DNA of 64,000 bases. It comes from Heterodontus francisci. Taxonomy: Eukaryota. The notes beneath the pieces were generated by a model. The model searched no databases. It saw nothing but the letters and a program-made list of their open reading frames with translations, and had not been told where the DNA came from. Positions within the stretch are counted from its first letter, which is position 1. Each line of letters starts with the position of its first letter. Shown here piece after piece: positions 60,847 to 64,000 of the stretch. The position numbers and the translations under genes are program-made. The DNA lies in assembly GCF_036365525.1 (NCBI RefSeq), contig NC_090382.1, forward strand, positions 34,207,298 to 34,271,297. Reading direction: 5' to 3'.

Positions 60847-63482
60847 CTTCTTCTTTAGCCTCCTTGTCTCGAGAAACAATGGGTAAGCACCTAGAGGTGG
60901 TCAGTGGTTTATGAAGCAGAACCTAGAGTGGCTATAAAGGCCAGTTCTAGAGCGACAGACTCTTCCACAGGAGCTGCAGATAAAATTGGTTGTCGGGGCT
61001 ATTACACAGTTGGCTCGCCCCTTGCGCTTCTGTCTTTTTTCCTGCCAACTGCTAAGTCTCTTCGACTCGCCACACTTTAGCCCCGCCTTTATGGCTGCCC
61101 GCCAGCTCTGGCGATCACCGGCAACTGACTCCCACGACTTGTGATCAATGTCACAGGACTTCATGTCTCGTTTGCAGAAGTCTTTAAAGCAGAGACATGG
61201 ACAGCCAGTGGATCTGATACCAGTGACGAGCTCGCTGTGCAATGTGTCCTTGGGGATCCTGCCATCTTCCATGCGGCTCACATGGCCAAGCCATCTCGAG
61301 CGCCACTGGCTCAGTTGGGTGTATATGCTGGGGATGTTGGCCGCCTCGAGGACTTCTGTGTTGGAGATACGGTCCTGCCACCTGCTACCAAGGATTCTCC
61401 GGAGGCAGCTAAGATGGAATGAATTGAGACGGTGCTCTTGGCTGACATACGTTGTCCAGGCCTCGCTGCCGTAGAGCAAGGTACTGAGGACACAGGCTTG
61501 ATACACTCGGACTTTTGTGTTCCGTGTCAGTGCGCCATTTTCCCACACTCTGGACATAGCAGTGGACGCCTTTCCCATGCGCTTGTTGATTTCTTCATCG
61601 AGAGACAGGTTACTGGTGATAGTTGAGCCTAGGTAGGTGAACTCTTGAACGACTTCCAGAGCGTGGTCGCCGATATTGATGGATGGAGCATTTCCGACGT
61701 CCTGTCCCATGATGTTCGTTTTCTTGAGGCTGATGGTTAGGCAAAATTTGTTGCACGCAGCCGCAATCCAAACGATGAGTCTCTGCAGACACTCTTCAGT
61801 GTGAGATGTAAATGCAGCATCGTCAGCAAAGAGGAGTTCTCTGATGAGGACTTTCCATACTTTGGTCTTGGCTCTTAGACGGGCAAGGTTGAACAACCTG
61901 CCACCTGATCTTGTGTGGAGAAAAATTCCTTCTTCTAAAGACTTGAACGCACGTGAGAGCAGCAGGGAGAAGATCCCAAACAGTGTAGGTGTGAGAACAC
62001 AGCCCTGTTTCACTCCACTCAGGACAGGAAAGGGGTCTGATGAGGCACCGCTATGCTGAATTGTGCCTTTCATATCGTCATGGAATGAGATGATACTTAG
62101 TAGCTTTGGTGGACATCCGATCTTTTCTAGTAGTCTGAAGAGACCACGTCTGCTGACGAGGTCAAATGCTTTGGTGAGATCAATGAAAGCAACGTAGAGG
62201 GGCATCTGTTGTTCGCGACATTTCTCCTGTAGCTGACGAAGGGAGGACAGCATGTCAATGGTGGATCTCTCTGCTCGAAAGCCATACTGTGCCTCAGGGT
62301 AGACATGCTCAGCCAGCTTCTGGAGCCTGTTTAAAGCGACTCGAGCGAAGACTTTCCCCACTATGTTGAGCAGGGAGATTCCACGGTAGTTGTTGCAGTC
62401 ACCTTTGTTCTTATAGAGGGTGATGATATTGGCATCGCACGCATATCCTGTGGTACTGCTCCCTCGTCCCAACCCAGGCAAAACAGTTCGTTGAACGCTG
62501 AAAGTATAGCAGGCTTGGCACTCTTGATTATTTCAGGGGTAATGCCATCCTTCCCAGGGGCTTTTCCGCTGGCTGGAGAATCAATGGCATCACTGAGTTC
62601 CGATTTTGTTGGCTGTACGTCCAGCTCATCCATGACTGGCAGAGACTGGGCTGCAGTGAGGGTGGTCTCAGTGACAACATTTTCCCTGGTGTACAGTTCT
62701 AGGTAGTGCTCCACCCAGCGGTCCATTTGCTTGCGTTGGTCAGTGATTGTGTCCCCTGATTTAGATTTGAGGGAGGGGGGGGGGGCGAGCTTCTTTATGG
62801 TTGGCCCAAAAGCTTTCTTAATGCCATGTTTCTGGTGTCGGAGGCCAGCTGAATATGACTGCATAGGTGTTGCCAGTAGTCATCTGCACAGCGTCTGGCT
62901 GTTCTTTGTGCAGCGCTTCTGGCTGCTTTAAGTGCTACGGATGTTAACTCGCTGGGTTTTTTCTTGTAGTTCAGCAGTGCAATGCGCTTAGCGGCTATGA
63001 CAGGTTCCAGCTCTTCAAAGTGAGATTGAAACCAGTCTGCATTCTGCTTCACATGTTTGCCATAAATGGTCATTGCTAAGTCATAGATGGCACCTCTCAT
63101 GTGGGCCCACTTGGTCTCTGCATCCCCTGTAGGAGTGTTTTAAAGGGCTTTTTCACGTGAATTTAGAAACTTATGTAACAGCTGTGGATAAGAAATTCTG
63201 CTCGTGATGTGCGGGCAGCCCTTCTGCTTGGAGTGATGCAGCTTCTTTGGTTTGAGTCTAACCTTGCTGCACACCAAGGAGTGGTCGGTGTCGCAGTCCA
63301 CACTGTGGAAGCTGCGTGTGATTTGAATGCTGTTTAAAGAGGCTCGCCTTGTGACCGATGAGATCCAGCTGGTGCCAACGACGTGATCTTGGGTGCCTCC
63401 AAGAAACCTGGTGACAGGGTTTAGTATGAAAGAACAAGTTGGTGATGCAGAGGTTATGATAGGTACACAACTCAAGCAGTCT
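60847..63482 (-). mobile_element. RTE-clade LINE, 5'-truncated within the endonuclease
   Basis: 526-aa RT ORF (NYRGISLL, GVKQGCVL, LLFADD, C-terminal CSSCGRVC...HSRFC); (GAA)n tail; 27-bp TSD at 60820-60846 and 63483-63509. Confidence 0.92.
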
Positions 63483-63632
63483 CTGCATAAAAGCAGGAGA
63501 CATTAGACTAATGCTTCTTAATTCAACTGTTACTTAACCTGTCCAATGAAGAATCTATTGCTGTTAGACCCAGACATGTAGGTCTACAGGTAACTTCACT
63601 GCATAAATCAACCATCACAATGTAACAATAAT

Positions 63633-64000
63633 ATAAAAGCAAAATACTGCAGATGCTGGAAATCTGAAATAAAAACAAGAAATGCTGGAAATACTCAGCA
63701 GGTCTGGCAGCATCTGTGGAAAGAGAAGCAGAGTTAACGTTTCAAGTCAGTGACCTTTCTTCAGAACTGGCAAATATTAGAAATGTAAAAGGTTATAAGC
63801 AAGTAAAGCGGGGGTGGGGCAAGAGATAACAAAGGAGAAGGTGTAGATAGGACAAGGTCACAGAATAGCTGACCAGAAGCTCATGGAGCAAAGGCAAACA
63901 ATATGTTAATGGTGTGTTGAAAGACAAAACATTTGTACAGATAGGGTGTTAACGGACTGAAAATTGAACAGCCGCAAGTACAAACATGAAAAAAAAAAGT
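63633..64000 (-). mobile_element. Penelope-like element 3' end (continues past the window edge)
   Basis: Colinear with 30126-30455; intact CTGAAGA...GAAAC core on the - strand. Confidence 0.8.

Overview
Repeat-rich vertebrate genomic DNA, very likely from a shark or ray, judged from HE1-type SINEs, CR1/HER1-like LINEs and Penelope-derived repeats. The main non-repeat content is a head-to-head pair of paralogous, non-rearranging antigen-receptor-like Ig-superfamily genes. Gene A (+) reads leader (13969-14014), single-exon VJ-type V domain (14105-14470), C1 (18998-19315), C1 (41488-41800, frameshifted), C1 (~43609-43927, frameshifted, start in an assembly gap), uncharged TM (44361-44492) and a cytoplasmic exon with an STYENV ITIM-like/Grb2 motif (45828-45970). 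Gene B (-) reads leader (8032-8077), disabled V (7600-7942) and intact C1 (5650-5967); no further exons are seen in the window. Both V domains lack RSSs and carry C-x-C-G where FGxG is expected. The 3' end of a matrin-3/RBM20-like zinc-finger gene lies on the - strand (exons 60141-60262 and 57536-57601). Notable repeats: a 5'-inverted (twin-primed) L1/Tx1 insertion, a 13.3 kb head-to-head composite of Gmr1-like LTR elements, Penelope terminal repeats with hammerhead-like cores (one at gene A's start codon) and an RTE LINE with a 27-bp TSD. All exon calls are manual translations; no database searches were run.
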